DNA of 64,000 bases from a virus: positions 64,001 through 128,000 of IMG/VR virus record IMGVR_UViG_3300036774_000066. One strand, given 5' to 3'. The number at the start of each line of letters is the position of its first letter. The stretch's first letter is position 1. The notes under the pieces were generated by a model. That model saw only the letters and a list, made by a program, of their open reading frames with translations, did not search any database and was not told the origin of the DNA. The position numbers and the translations under genes were made by a program. Of this stretch, positions 55,701 through 64,000 are shown in pieces.

Positions 55701-56543
55701 CCGTATCCTATATCTCACCTGAATGTACTTTCCTGTTACTCTGTCAACATAGATAGTTCCAACCACAGAAGGATGTGTCGGGTCAAGAGTCCCGTAAACA
55801 GTTCCACTCACGTAAGGATAGTCTACATTGGTAATTGTTGTCGGAGCAGTATCATCCGGTAAATTACTTGCAGGTCCATACTGAGTATTTCCGTAGTAGA
55901 AAAACTTGGAAGTTGACAAATCTATTCTCTCCCGCCACACTTCCAAAAATGCCATATCCTGTCTTTTACCAAACACAGGAGCATCAGGAAATCTAATAGT
56001 AATATCCGGCCTACTCCCATCAAAAGAATTAGAAGTCAAGACAAGCTGATACCCGTTCACAAGAACAACAACATCTGTACCATTTGACTTAATGCGAACA
56101 CTATTATCTACCAAACCTCCCTTATCACAAACAAGATCACCAGGGGATAGCATACTCTCCAAGTCAGTTCCTACAGTAAATTCCTTTACATCCCCAGTAT
56201 TTCCAGAAAGAAATCCAGAGGCAGCAATACTTCTTCTGTAAAGAGCATCCCTCTCAATAGAAGAAAGACCTCCAAAACTATAATCCACTGTGTCAAGATA
56301 CCCAAGTATGTCATCCACCTTCTTAGCAACAAAAGAGTCACGAGCACCAAGACTCTGAAATACGGGCTTCTCCGCAGGCGCGTACACGGGAGTCGTCGTA
56401 TTCCAATACGATATGTCAAACACCGCATCAGGCTTAAAAGAATCCCCCCAATTCAAGTAAGAATTTGGGTCAGGAGGATTATTCAAGTTGTTCCACGAAG
56501 GAAATCCCAAGTCATCACGAATTTTAGTGATTCCAGTAGCCAT
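52794..56543 (-). CDS. Large tail/baseplate protein with beta-propeller (Asp-box-like) region
   Basis: RQDMAFLEVW, RYRIRV, CIPICFVHRRN, RPD...DMRH; STDGVNW, SADGVVW, STTGIYW repeats. Confidence 0.65.
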   Translation of the reverse strand: MATGITKIRDDLGFPSWNNLNNPPDPNSYLNWGDSFKPDAVFDISYWNTTTPVYAPAEKPVFQSLGARDSFVAKKVDDILGYLDTVDYSFGGLSSIERDALYRRSIAASGFLSGNTGDVKEFTVGTDLESMLSPGDLVCDKGGLVDNSVRIKSNGTDVVVLVNGYQLVLTSNSFDGSRPDITIRFPDAPVFGKRQDMAFLEVWRERIDLSTSKFFYYGNTQYGPASNLPDDTAPTTITNVDYPYVSGTVYGTLDPTHPSVVGTIYVDRVTGKYIQVRYRIRVFSLDFEDSTTNSVIPKNILTNAALFAQGKRSSDSSTANFVIVSSDYGLFAASGDTSLGVGGLAWCIPICFVHRRNQAAFSEANINGGSSRPDLLSFPIIAERDVMDMRHTVTLGTFDWEEVYQKTMKKLMGGSLSTNWYSQYSLPDGVVSTQLDIYGNRHFEGMGIRNSTLAGTQLKYKIITNNGIPAAPDGIRQVWSDAEESQAAICFISDIDDPGNLCIPTGFFEYNQIGHWVKADLQMLPSWNGGAGDHVVFTGMVPKFRWASNGATVNMSWTSLTGAAIQGYVQSGNIGSYEGYSVHSHDGMVGEVYIKFSRGSSFLDRTPVWGKARNFSMTSNGTPLMEAFGYNQYEPLGFDEQTRRIHTFAFISDQIALDGNPTTPVTLPQSEFRPFGSCMRDSDGKYKVWVANTATGGFDLYSSTDLNSFSSPVPCAGLPDCGDMNNVNGISVVKAAVVTMKYYLFATNLLHQLNMYVSTDGVNWTGPTLCTGLTGHGTNIIKACVMFDTGAGTSLPTPRFKMWFINDSDAIVTYAESADGVVWDNIALTPVTDTDILTGSDLPTEISVIMEAECGFGTYKVWLTVSEDYDGSRGYGPKDHLKVLYGFSTTGIYWMMSDIPRWSEDLHYSQYWRKDIPDSACPYLENSDETVNHPYFLTICNIFKDDKVYRTYGIKSYLGNFGSSTVVTSLLCKIVLGMVDRNGSGTSQNAMYQGRGAMDHALRYDDAIGNLPDDTLVFYTEYAPRVHAGGACFTLVGGPWVSESKVVYVPENPVLVSTLGSGYKNMRVIPSRGVINLLDQLNGMFNHPLHNYIARAVIPFDGRAVSAAFPSHEYSLGSAVQFVRAMPCDVYKDRGSLLEYFYSGHFNYDIRHAIAFSFEYLVLQQGIFESNNTAIGQHIHSEAVDFETYFPLGFGDSVFAALFSVSKMSGGQIAIMLSFGDSLPTYRSYSCDAFLSAMVPCGRYLAKMK

Positions 56544-56554
56544 CGGAAAACTCC

Positions 56555-57127
56555 TTATGTATTAGAACCAAAACGAATCTGATGCCAAATGTCAAGGACC
56601 ATCGAATGATTCACAGGGAGAGGGGTTGTCAGCCTCTTGTAAGCCATAATCTCATTTTCTTTACCCTCATACACTGTATCTCGCCAAGCAACAGTAGGAA
56701 ATAAACCTTCCTCTGTAATAACTATACTGGCAGGAGGAACAAACCCCGTTACTTTATACGTTATGAAAGAATCAGGATAGGAAGGCAAAGGAGAAGTATC
56801 TACTGCGGGAAACCCCAACGTAAGACCAGAATACAGCACTTGACCAGCCGGATATAAACCAACAGAAGGAGATTCAAGGTGAGTTCTATTCGGGTCCAAA
56901 GGTTCTGAAGAAAGAGGAGGTAACTTAATTCCAAGACACATGGTACTTATACGTCTTGACGCATAAGTAATAGGATCAGTTGCCATCAAAGCAACATGCC
57001 TTCTCCCACAAAGAGGAATAAAATTCTTCTCTTCAAACAGAAGAGTAGGAGTACCCCGAAAGTCCTTTCTCTCCCACTGAAAAATTCTCAAAAATCCCTC
57101 TATCACACAAAAATCTTCTTGATACAT
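56555..57127 (-). CDS. Baseplate/tail-fibre attachment-type protein
   Basis: EKN.I...GR, ITEEGLF, W.IRF; GGAG RBS. Confidence 0.55.
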   Translation of the reverse strand: MYQEDFCVIEGFLRIFQWERKDFRGTPTLLFEEKNFIPLCGRRHVALMATDPITYASRRISTMCLGIKLPPLSSEPLDPNRTHLESPSVGLYPAGQVLYSGLTLGFPAVDTSPLPSYPDSFITYKVTGFVPPASIVITEEGLFPTVAWRDTVYEGKENEIMAYKRLTTPLPVNHSMVLDIWHQIRFGSNT

Positions 57128-57143
57128 AGCCGCTCCCAGATAA

Positions 57144-59147
57144 TCAATAAGGATAGCCCATGCTCTCGTAAAGTGGCACGGAATGGTCATTATGATCGTA
57201 TATCCACAGTTTATCGGTTTGACAATCGTTGTTATGAAGAACAGACCCACCACCAGCTAAATTAAACCCTGAACCCGCTTGCAACTGAAACTTGCTAAAT
57301 GAGTAACTCTTATCAGGGGCAAGATGATATTCCCCATAAGTATCAACATTCGCAGCACTATTAACTATATGAGAATCAGGAAAAGCATTCCATCCAGACC
57401 CATCATTGTAATATCCTGTTACAACATTACCAACCCTTTTGATTCTTAACTGTACTTCCTTGTAAGGTGTCCAAGTAAACGTAGCAAAAAGAGCGTTTGT
57501 ATTTGTAACCCAAACAAAAACATTCTGTCCAGGGGTAGTATGGCTACCTACACCAACAACAACCCAATCTATGCCAAGTAAATCTATCAATCTCAAAAAG
57601 ATTCCATTGCCAGCAAGAACATTCTGGAAAGCAGACATTTTTATATTGAAGTCAAGTTGAATATCCCCATTGATATTAGAAAAAAGTCTCCAATATACTC
57701 CGTGGTCAACGGCATTTCCAAGAGTAGCACAATAATCACTACTCAAAGGAGGACGTACATCTAACACATACTTACTCAGAAATTCCACATCCCAACCCGA
57801 GTCAATAACACCTCCGTCAAAATCATCCATTTCATACGTTTCCAAGTAAACCCAAGAAGGAGAAGCAGCATGATTATGAAAAGCACACCACCCTCGATGA
57901 GGATAATCCCCTAAACAATCAGGAGGCCAACTGGAACAATAGCTATGGTCATAGTAAGCATCTCTATAAATATCCCATTCAGCAGATGTATGTGTGATAG
58001 AATCACTATGAGTATCAATCGCTAAATGATCGTGCTTCGGAGGAGGACAACACGTACTCCCATGAGTCAAGCAATCTGAAGGCTTCCAAGGAAAGGATTC
58101 TGTAAAGGGACTCGGCTTAATACCCAACGGATCAGTCAAAATATGCAAATAGAATTTTGTAAAATCCTCAGTAATTGGAAAAATATCTCCACACTGGTCC
58201 TTATCACAATCAGGTCCAATAAACTTAACCGCTGCATAAATCTCATACAATATATGCGCCGGAATCACCTCATCAATTCTCTTTACAATATCGTCAAATG
58301 CAGCAGGTATTAAACTGATAAAAAAGGAAAAGTCAGGCTGAATCCTTATCATTGAATCAGGAAAATATACCCACTCATTCACTGGCTTGTGCTTACCAAA
58401 AATATCCTTATTCTCTGCGGGAATATCCCTTGTCCTAACATCTATGTACCTACGATCATTCCTATCATTCTTATTTGACCAGACAAACAGAACAGTAACA
58501 TCTCTTCCAATAGACTCAAAAAGAACCTCATACCCTCGCGGAACACCCTTCAAACGATACCACTGTGTCGCCCATTTTAACTCATTTCTGCGAATACTCT
58601 CAGAGGAAAGAGGAGGAAACACTATCCACGAAGGAGGATCAGTAACAGTTGTAGGAACTATGTGCTTATTCCCATTTATCTGACTCTTATATGTCTCTCC
58701 ATCATAGTAAACCAAACTGTTATAGTGATACTCCGTGTCTTTATCCCATGCACCACCAACAGGAGAAGGAAGTATCAAGTTATCAAAAATAAACTCATAT
58801 CCAATAGTCCTTGCTAAGTAAGTGAGAAAAGAAACAGGTACTTCATCCGGGTCCATCAAAGAAGATAGTCTCTTAATCTCATTTCTCAAACTCTCTACTG
58901 CGTCAACTGTCTGACCATTAGAATCAACAAAGGAAGAAGTACCCTCTAAGAATATCTTTTGTACCAAGAAAAGAATATACCGAATAATACCTCTACCATT
59001 CGGGTCTTCCTTTGGAAAAACAGCAAGAGGATTCATCGGATCAGACGGATTATTTACATCTCCGTCAATATGACGATCTTTTGGCACAGGGGAATCAGCC
59101 CAATCCCCCTGTCCAAAACGCCAAAAATTTCTTCGCGTCCAATCCAT
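57144..59147 (-). CDS. Baseplate protein (P2 gpI/tail-I-like) with CBM-like and lectin-like domains
   Basis: DPDEVP..FL.YLA..IG, Y.LKG...G; WDKDTEY..NSLVYYDGETYKS; C-terminal LRIKRVGN..TGYY..G..W. Confidence 0.7.
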   Translation of the reverse strand: MDWTRRNFWRFGQGDWADSPVPKDRHIDGDVNNPSDPMNPLAVFPKEDPNGRGIIRYILFLVQKIFLEGTSSFVDSNGQTVDAVESLRNEIKRLSSLMDPDEVPVSFLTYLARTIGYEFIFDNLILPSPVGGAWDKDTEYHYNSLVYYDGETYKSQINGNKHIVPTTVTDPPSWIVFPPLSSESIRRNELKWATQWYRLKGVPRGYEVLFESIGRDVTVLFVWSNKNDRNDRRYIDVRTRDIPAENKDIFGKHKPVNEWVYFPDSMIRIQPDFSFFISLIPAAFDDIVKRIDEVIPAHILYEIYAAVKFIGPDCDKDQCGDIFPITEDFTKFYLHILTDPLGIKPSPFTESFPWKPSDCLTHGSTCCPPPKHDHLAIDTHSDSITHTSAEWDIYRDAYYDHSYCSSWPPDCLGDYPHRGWCAFHNHAASPSWVYLETYEMDDFDGGVIDSGWDVEFLSKYVLDVRPPLSSDYCATLGNAVDHGVYWRLFSNINGDIQLDFNIKMSAFQNVLAGNGIFLRLIDLLGIDWVVVGVGSHTTPGQNVFVWVTNTNALFATFTWTPYKEVQLRIKRVGNVVTGYYNDGSGWNAFPDSHIVNSAANVDTYGEYHLAPDKSYSFSKFQLQAGSGFNLAGGGSVLHNNDCQTDKLWIYDHNDHSVPLYESMGYPY

Positions 59148-59150
59148 AAG

Positions 59151-61187
59151 CTACTCTTGTATGTCAACAGACTTAACGGTCAAAAGTTGATACGCCGCAA
59201 CAGGAACCTCATCTCCATAAGCAATAGAAGGTATAACTCCTGCCCAAAGAGTAAAAGAAATTACTCCGGTAGTTTGACCAATAGCAGTGTAAAGCAAGTG
59301 TTTGTGAAAAGAAAGTCCAGGTACAAAGGTTGCAAACAAGGTATATATCGCTTTTCTTATGTTGTTCTTAACAGTGACACGATCAAACTTCAAATCAACT
59401 ATCAAATTGGAAATAATAATATCAATATAAGAAGGTTGCCCATCCAAAACTTCTGTCTGCACAACAGACATTCCAACATCCCCTTGATACTGTGATCCTA
59501 TGAGATTTCCAGCATTCAAGTAATCTCTCAAGTCATCTAAAAGATTCGGCTTAGACGCATCCGTCGCGGATACATACTGCACCGAGTCAACAATCCCATC
59601 TCCATCTGTATCAAGTTCAACAGGACACCAAATATACACAAGCATCACGTTAGCCATGTACGAAGGATAATAGGTATTCAATAGAAAATCGTATGTTCCT
59701 GCAACAGGAACTCCCCCTGAAACATTCCCAAGAGCATAATGCCCACCTCCCAAATCCTTGAGAGGGACAGTCAAGGGAATCTGGTGATTCAAGTTGTCTG
59801 CGTCATTCTGTGGCCGAATTACAGCAGCCTTACCCGCAGAACCCCAAGAAGGAGAAACGTACTTCAAAGCTAAAGTCAAGATGTCATTCTTTGTGATTGC
59901 CCTCTCTGTAGTCTTAAACCACCCCGGAGCCAGATAACGAATATGATCCAAACTCTCCTTGTCAACACCACCAAAACCTCCTGATGTATTTACATTGTTC
60001 ACTGTGAAAGGAGTTTCAATGGTATTCACATACCCCACCACATTTCCCGAAGCAACTCCTTTAATAACATGATTTCCTGCTACTCCTCCACCTGTGCGAT
60101 AAAACAGAACTACGTCAACAGTAGGTATTGCTCCATGTGTCAATCCATCCCCAAAAGCAATCTTGAGATTCCCCTTTTCCGTAAACTGTATTACGTAAAC
60201 TTGATCTGTCGGCGTAGCAAGATTCAAGGTATTTTTTGATTGCTGTTCCCATCTCGCACCATTCACAAATACAACCCATGAATCTTCAATCACACTCCCC
60301 TGTGAAGAAACAAACTTCTGAAAATCCCCTCCCGGCTCGGGCGTAAAAACATCTGCCTGTGAAGTACCCTCAAGTAAAGCAAGACCGTACACATTCTGAG
60401 CAGAGTCAACAACCCACCAAGGATCACCAACCACATTCGTCGGCTGATGACCTATATTTCCATCTTGTAAACTTCGATAAGTCCCGCCATTGAAAAAACA
60501 AATCTCTCCTGCATGAAAAGTCACACTGGATGTCCAATATAACGGATATTCACCAAGAAAATCACGCAATACCCAATTAAGGTCTTCCGAAACTATGTAC
60601 AAACCACCAACCTGAGTAATAGAAATCTTCTTAGGAACTGTCAAACTTGAATACGGCGCATCACCAGGATTAGGAAAATCCAACAAATTTATAGCAGCAA
60701 ATTTTCCAGTAGAAATTTCTTTCTTTGCAAAGTAAGCCAACTCAAGATTCAGATTATCCACAACAAAACTGGAAGGAGGAACAACAGCATGAGTTGTTGT
60801 GTCAAAATAAGCTCCCCGTAATTCCAAAACTTGACCAGAAGGAATCACAGGAACTCCACGTACAGGTACTCTTGCTGCCACAGGAGCAGTTGGTGTATAT
60901 CCAAGCAAATTCGTAATATGAAGCATCCCACGGTAACGCTCCACTACGTCAATAAAGCTATTATTCGCAACCTTATCCATGTTAAAGGAAAGAACGTCAG
61001 ACAAATAAGAAATCAAATCCATATAAGCAACACCAATATTCGATTCAAACAAATCATTCCAAAAAGGAGTGTCATGCGCCTGTACCCATGTACGCAATGC
61101 CTCTTTCATCAAGGAGAAATCCCTTGACGAATAACGCACCTCTTCCAAAGGCTTAAATATCTCTTGGACTAAAGGAGAAATTGCCAT
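59151..61187 (-). CDS. Baseplate wedge protein (T4 gp6/baseplate J-like) with CBM-like insert
   Basis: YSSRDF, LLGY.P, FGDG..GAIP, YRTGGG..GN, GG.D.ES, RAIT..D. Confidence 0.85.
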   Translation of the reverse strand: MAISPLVQEIFKPLEEVRYSSRDFSLMKEALRTWVQAHDTPFWNDLFESNIGVAYMDLISYLSDVLSFNMDKVANNSFIDVVERYRGMLHITNLLGYTPTAPVAARVPVRGVPVIPSGQVLELRGAYFDTTTHAVVPPSSFVVDNLNLELAYFAKKEISTGKFAAINLLDFPNPGDAPYSSLTVPKKISITQVGGLYIVSEDLNWVLRDFLGEYPLYWTSSVTFHAGEICFFNGGTYRSLQDGNIGHQPTNVVGDPWWVVDSAQNVYGLALLEGTSQADVFTPEPGGDFQKFVSSQGSVIEDSWVVFVNGARWEQQSKNTLNLATPTDQVYVIQFTEKGNLKIAFGDGLTHGAIPTVDVVLFYRTGGGVAGNHVIKGVASGNVVGYVNTIETPFTVNNVNTSGGFGGVDKESLDHIRYLAPGWFKTTERAITKNDILTLALKYVSPSWGSAGKAAVIRPQNDADNLNHQIPLTVPLKDLGGGHYALGNVSGGVPVAGTYDFLLNTYYPSYMANVMLVYIWCPVELDTDGDGIVDSVQYVSATDASKPNLLDDLRDYLNAGNLIGSQYQGDVGMSVVQTEVLDGQPSYIDIIISNLIVDLKFDRVTVKNNIRKAIYTLFATFVPGLSFHKHLLYTAIGQTTGVISFTLWAGVIPSIAYGDEVPVAAYQLLTVKSVDIQE

Positions 61188-61191
61188 AGTA

Positions 61192-61725
61192 TCATCCTAC
61201 GTTTGAAACAATCCTCAATGACCCAACCGCCGCTTTTTGTGCCTGTAAATACAAATCAACTGGCAAACCTGATTCTATAATAGTGTAGTTATGGTGTATC
61301 GCAACATCAGACCCACTTGAAAAAACATTGATAGACAACAGGTTAATCCGTGGTTCCCATGTCCGTATCGCATCTGTCATGTAAACAACAATCTCTGCCC
61401 TTAGTACAGCGTCGTTAGGCTCAAAGAGAATATCTAAGAAATGTGATCCAAAGAGAGGCTGCATCAACCTTCCACCTACTCTCGTCGTGTAAATCATCAA
61501 AATGGAAGCCTTGACAAGTTCATTCGTACACTTCACACCAAGGCGACCGTCTTTTCTTGGAGCGGTAGGAACTGCGGCACCCTTCCACCTACACCCAAAC
61601 TGCTGTAACACAGGAGGAGGAGCATACCCTTGTATCTCTTTCGGAATAGCAGGATTAGCTGTCCACGCATGAGGATCAGTAAGTTGCGTCTGGTAAAGTT
61701 CTGTCTCAAAAGGAATGTTAGCCAT
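61192..61725 (-). CDS. Baseplate gp25/GPW-like protein
   Basis: SI..I..T..G.R.MQP.FGS....LFEPND...AI..WEPRI. Confidence 0.88.
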   Translation of the reverse strand: MANIPFETELYQTQLTDPHAWTANPAIPKEIQGYAPPPVLQQFGCRWKGAAVPTAPRKDGRLGVKCTNELVKASILMIYTTRVGGRLMQPLFGSHFLDILFEPNDAVLRAEIVVYMTDAIRTWEPRINLLSINVFSSGSDVAIHHNYTIIESGLPVDLYLQAQKAAVGSLRIVSNVG

Positions 61726-61739
61726 AACATTAAGTCTAT

Positions 61740-62177
61740 CTATGCAATCGGAATTTCTCTTGCCCCTTCTTGCTTCTTAACAGAGGAAAGCATCGGCGGA
61801 GGTTTATCATATACCCATGTCCATCCGTAAATATCCGTTGCAGGTAATCCCTGTCCACCACTACCGCTTCCTTTGTCAAGATGCTTCTTTGAGTTAAACT
61901 CCATCAATAAATTCTGATACTTAGTCACAGTTGGGTCTTGTGAAGTGGATGCCTGCCTCTTATCATCCTCCGATTGCCCGGAAAGACTGTATGCAAAATA
62001 CTTGGCAAAAAAGGAAGGAGGGGTAACAGACGGATCAGCAAACACATCCTTCTTCAAGTCAACAAAGAAAGAGTCAACCTTCGCTTCAATTGCTATCGTC
62101 TGTGCAGAAATAGCGTCAGTTACAGCCGTGGACATTGCCTCAATTGCAGCTACTACATCGTCAAGAGTTGCAGCCAT
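61740..62177 (-). CDS. Hypothetical virion-module protein
   Basis: ORF in baseplate operon. Confidence 0.55.
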   Translation of the reverse strand: MAATLDDVVAAIEAMSTAVTDAISAQTIAIEAKVDSFFVDLKKDVFADPSVTPPSFFAKYFAYSLSGQSEDDKRQASTSQDPTVTKYQNLLMEFNSKKHLDKGSGSGGQGLPATDIYGWTWVYDKPPPMLSSVKKQEGAREIPIA

Positions 62178-62180
62178 GTA

Positions 62181-62495
62181 CTACTCCGAAAAAGTTACAG
62201 GGGAACCTTGAATAATCACACCGGAACCAGAAGGACCAACTACAGAATCCATTACTCGTGCAAACCCAAACCCATTGTCTCCCTTTGTCACAGTAGAACC
62301 TCCCACAACCGAACCTGTCCCACATATCGTACAATTAAGCTGGACTTGATCTCCTTGACGTACAACAAAACTTCCGTCTAACTTCTTAGTCTTATCACCA
62401 GAAATCAAGTACCCGCCAGGAGGTTGATTATACGGATATGAGTTATGTGCGCAATTGTATTGAACCATGTCATTATTACGTCCTACTGCTTGCAT
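62181..62495 (-). CDS. PAAR-like spike tip protein
   Basis: VGR..D, VVRQGD, FARVMD, I.QGS..TF; Cys/His metal ligands. Confidence 0.8.
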   Translation of the reverse strand: MQAVGRNNDMVQYNCAHNSYPYNQPPGGYLISGDKTKKLDGSFVVRQGDQVQLNCTICGTGSVVGGSTVTKGDNGFGFARVMDSVVGPSGSGVIIQGSPVTFSE

Positions 62496-62496
62496 G

Positions 62497-63210
62497 TCAA
62501 TACAACCTACTTGCCATTGATGATAAATCCTGCCGCATACCTGTACACGTATTCATCACAGCCTGATCTTCATTCTTCATTGTCTGGACATTTCCCTGTG
62601 CATCAAAAGATACCTGAGACTTCAAAGAATTGTATCTAATAACAGCAGGGTCATTCTGAGAGGCAGGATATTTTGCTATTAAGCAATAAAGTGTATTGTC
62701 GGTTGCCTGTATCAAGGTATAAATACCAGAATTTTTAACCAACGTATCGAAGGCTTCCTTCATTCTGGCAATCAATCCCAAAGGAGACTTCGCAATTGCC
62801 CCTGAAACGACCTGTGCGGCCTGTGCCTGTGCTTCCTTGGCCTTTGTATTCGCTAACTGGACATACGTGGTAGCCATAGCTAATACGGCTGCTGGAGGGT
62901 TTGCAGGATCAAAAGGACCATTGTTCGCTATATACGTCTCTACCCAATCAATAAACATCTGCGCATTCGGTAAAACACAAACAGCAATAGGACATCCCAG
63001 AATCAAATCAAGATACTCCTCCATTGTCAGCAAGTGAACATCCGGCAACTTGAACTTGAGCATCAATTCCCCAAGGTCAAGACCCTGAGAATACTTTTCC
63101 AACTTTGCACTGACTTTGTTTGCCTTGTCAACAACAACACTCAATTTCGAGTTTATAGTAGATAAAAACTTGATAGAACTATCAAAGAGGTCTTGACAAG
63201 AGTATGCCAT
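62497..63210 (-). CDS. Hypothetical helical protein between spike and PAAR genes
   Basis: ORF. Confidence 0.6.
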   Translation of the reverse strand: MAYSCQDLFDSSIKFLSTINSKLSVVVDKANKVSAKLEKYSQGLDLGELMLKFKLPDVHLLTMEEYLDLILGCPIAVCVLPNAQMFIDWVETYIANNGPFDPANPPAAVLAMATTYVQLANTKAKEAQAQAAQVVSGAIAKSPLGLIARMKEAFDTLVKNSGIYTLIQATDNTLYCLIAKYPASQNDPAVIRYNSLKSQVSFDAQGNVQTMKNEDQAVMNTCTGMRQDLSSMASRLY

Positions 63211-63212
63211 AT

Positions 63213-63875
63213 CTATATTCCACCATACGAGTTATTCTGAATCTGTACAGCCTTATGTACCAACTGCCCAGGAGTTTCCTCTACCATTCCTCCATCAGCC
63301 TTTAGTTTCCATTGCCCGCCTACCAAAAAGTTACAATCACCAGACACATTTACAGTTAAATCACCATTGACAGTAATATCCATGTCATTCTTTGTTGAAT
63401 CTATAAGAACTGAGTTCCCATTCTTGTCAGATATTTCTACTGATTCTTTTCCGCTCTTGTCTACAAACTTCAAGTAATGCCCACTTCGGGTCTTTATGAT
63501 TCGTACTTCGGGGTAATCTGTTTGTGCCTCTTTTGGAATTTCCGTTTGTCCGTTAGGAGAACCGTACCAAGTCCCTACCCACACAGGATATTGATATTCT
63601 CCATTGATAAATGTTATCCAAACAGTATCCCCCTTGTTCGGAATGAAAACAAACCCATAGTTATTCCCACCTCCATCAAGGGCCATGTACTCCGTCCAAG
63701 GTAGCCTATCTGTATCATTTCTATAATCCTCGTCATGAATAAACGGAATGTAAACCTTCAGTCTTCCCCGTTTATCAGGGTCATTATTGTCCACGCACCA
63801 GCCACGATAAATACCACCAAGCCGCTCCTGTGGGGTCATACCGTCCTTAATCATCTGTGCCGGAGTCAAATTCAT
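63213..63875 (-). CDS. Baseplate spike (gp5/gpV OB-fold plus beta-helix)
   Basis: YRG..VDN.DP...GRLKV.IP, LPW, P..GD.VW..F..G...YPVW.G, TRSGH. Confidence 0.9.
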   Translation of the reverse strand: MNLTPAQMIKDGMTPQERLGGIYRGWCVDNNDPDKRGRLKVYIPFIHDEDYRNDTDRLPWTEYMALDGGGNNYGFVFIPNKGDTVWITFINGEYQYPVWVGTWYGSPNGQTEIPKEAQTDYPEVRIIKTRSGHYLKFVDKSGKESVEISDKNGNSVLIDSTKNDMDITVNGDLTVNVSGDCNFLVGGQWKLKADGGMVEETPGQLVHKAVQIQNNSYGGI

Positions 63876-64000
63876 TTAGGCTCTACAACCTTTGTAACAA
63901 GATTTGATTCCCTTACCTCTCGCAAAATACTTCCTATCTTTGTTCTCGTCTCAAGGTCTAACTGTGAAGCTGACCTTGGAGTATTCATAGAATTTCTTGA
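63872..64000 (-). CDS. C-terminus of upstream gene (probably baseplate hub); 5'-truncated
   Basis: Open frame SRNSMNTP...VEPK* ending in ATGA overlap. Confidence 0.45.
   Translation of the reverse strand, partial: SRNSMNTPRSASQLDLETRTKIGSILREVRESNLVTKVVEPK

Noticed and set aside
1156-63704. All + strand ORFs in the track
   Set aside because: They lie antisense to well-supported minus-strand genes and show no recognisable motifs; they are shadows
1-64000. Stop-codon reassignment, tRNA genes, inteins, reverse transcriptase/DGR
   Set aside because: Genes are intact in code 11 and use all three stops; no cloverleaf, intein or RT motifs seen by eye

Overview
A 64-kb segment of a large tailed dsDNA phage genome (contractile-tail, jumbo-phage-like). 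Essentially every credible gene is on the minus strand and the + strand ORFs are antisense shadows. In transcription order (right to left) it contains five blocks. (1) A baseplate/tail module: gp5/V spike, PAAR, gp25, gp6-like wedge and tail-I-like proteins with inserted carbohydrate-binding-like modules, and a large tail protein. (2) A replication module: 5'-3' exonuclease, SNF2-like helicase, DnaC-like loader, DnaB helicase, primase Zn domain and family A DNA polymerase. (3) A ~20-kb accessory/early region driven by four near-identical sigma70-type promoters, encoding OsmC-like, GroES-like, C1 peptidase, type IV prepilin-like, KTSC, TSCPD, lipase, DUF932, HNH and methyltransferase proteins. 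(4) A ligase/sigma factor/endolysin block. (5) A recombination-repair block: UDG, RRM protein, HU, SSB, RuvC, RecA, split Rad50/SbcC, Mre11 and a beta-clamp-like protein. The window ends in a >860-aa radical SAM gene that the ORF track missed because it runs off the left edge. The most unusual signal is non-coding: five structured intergenic RNA candidates (one with its own putative phage promoter and terminator, four built as a long closing helix plus U-tract around a folded insert), a phage-specific promoter motif TTTT-N11-CGTATTA, and two phage-encoded RNA-binding proteins. All family assignments are by eye from motifs; no searches were run.
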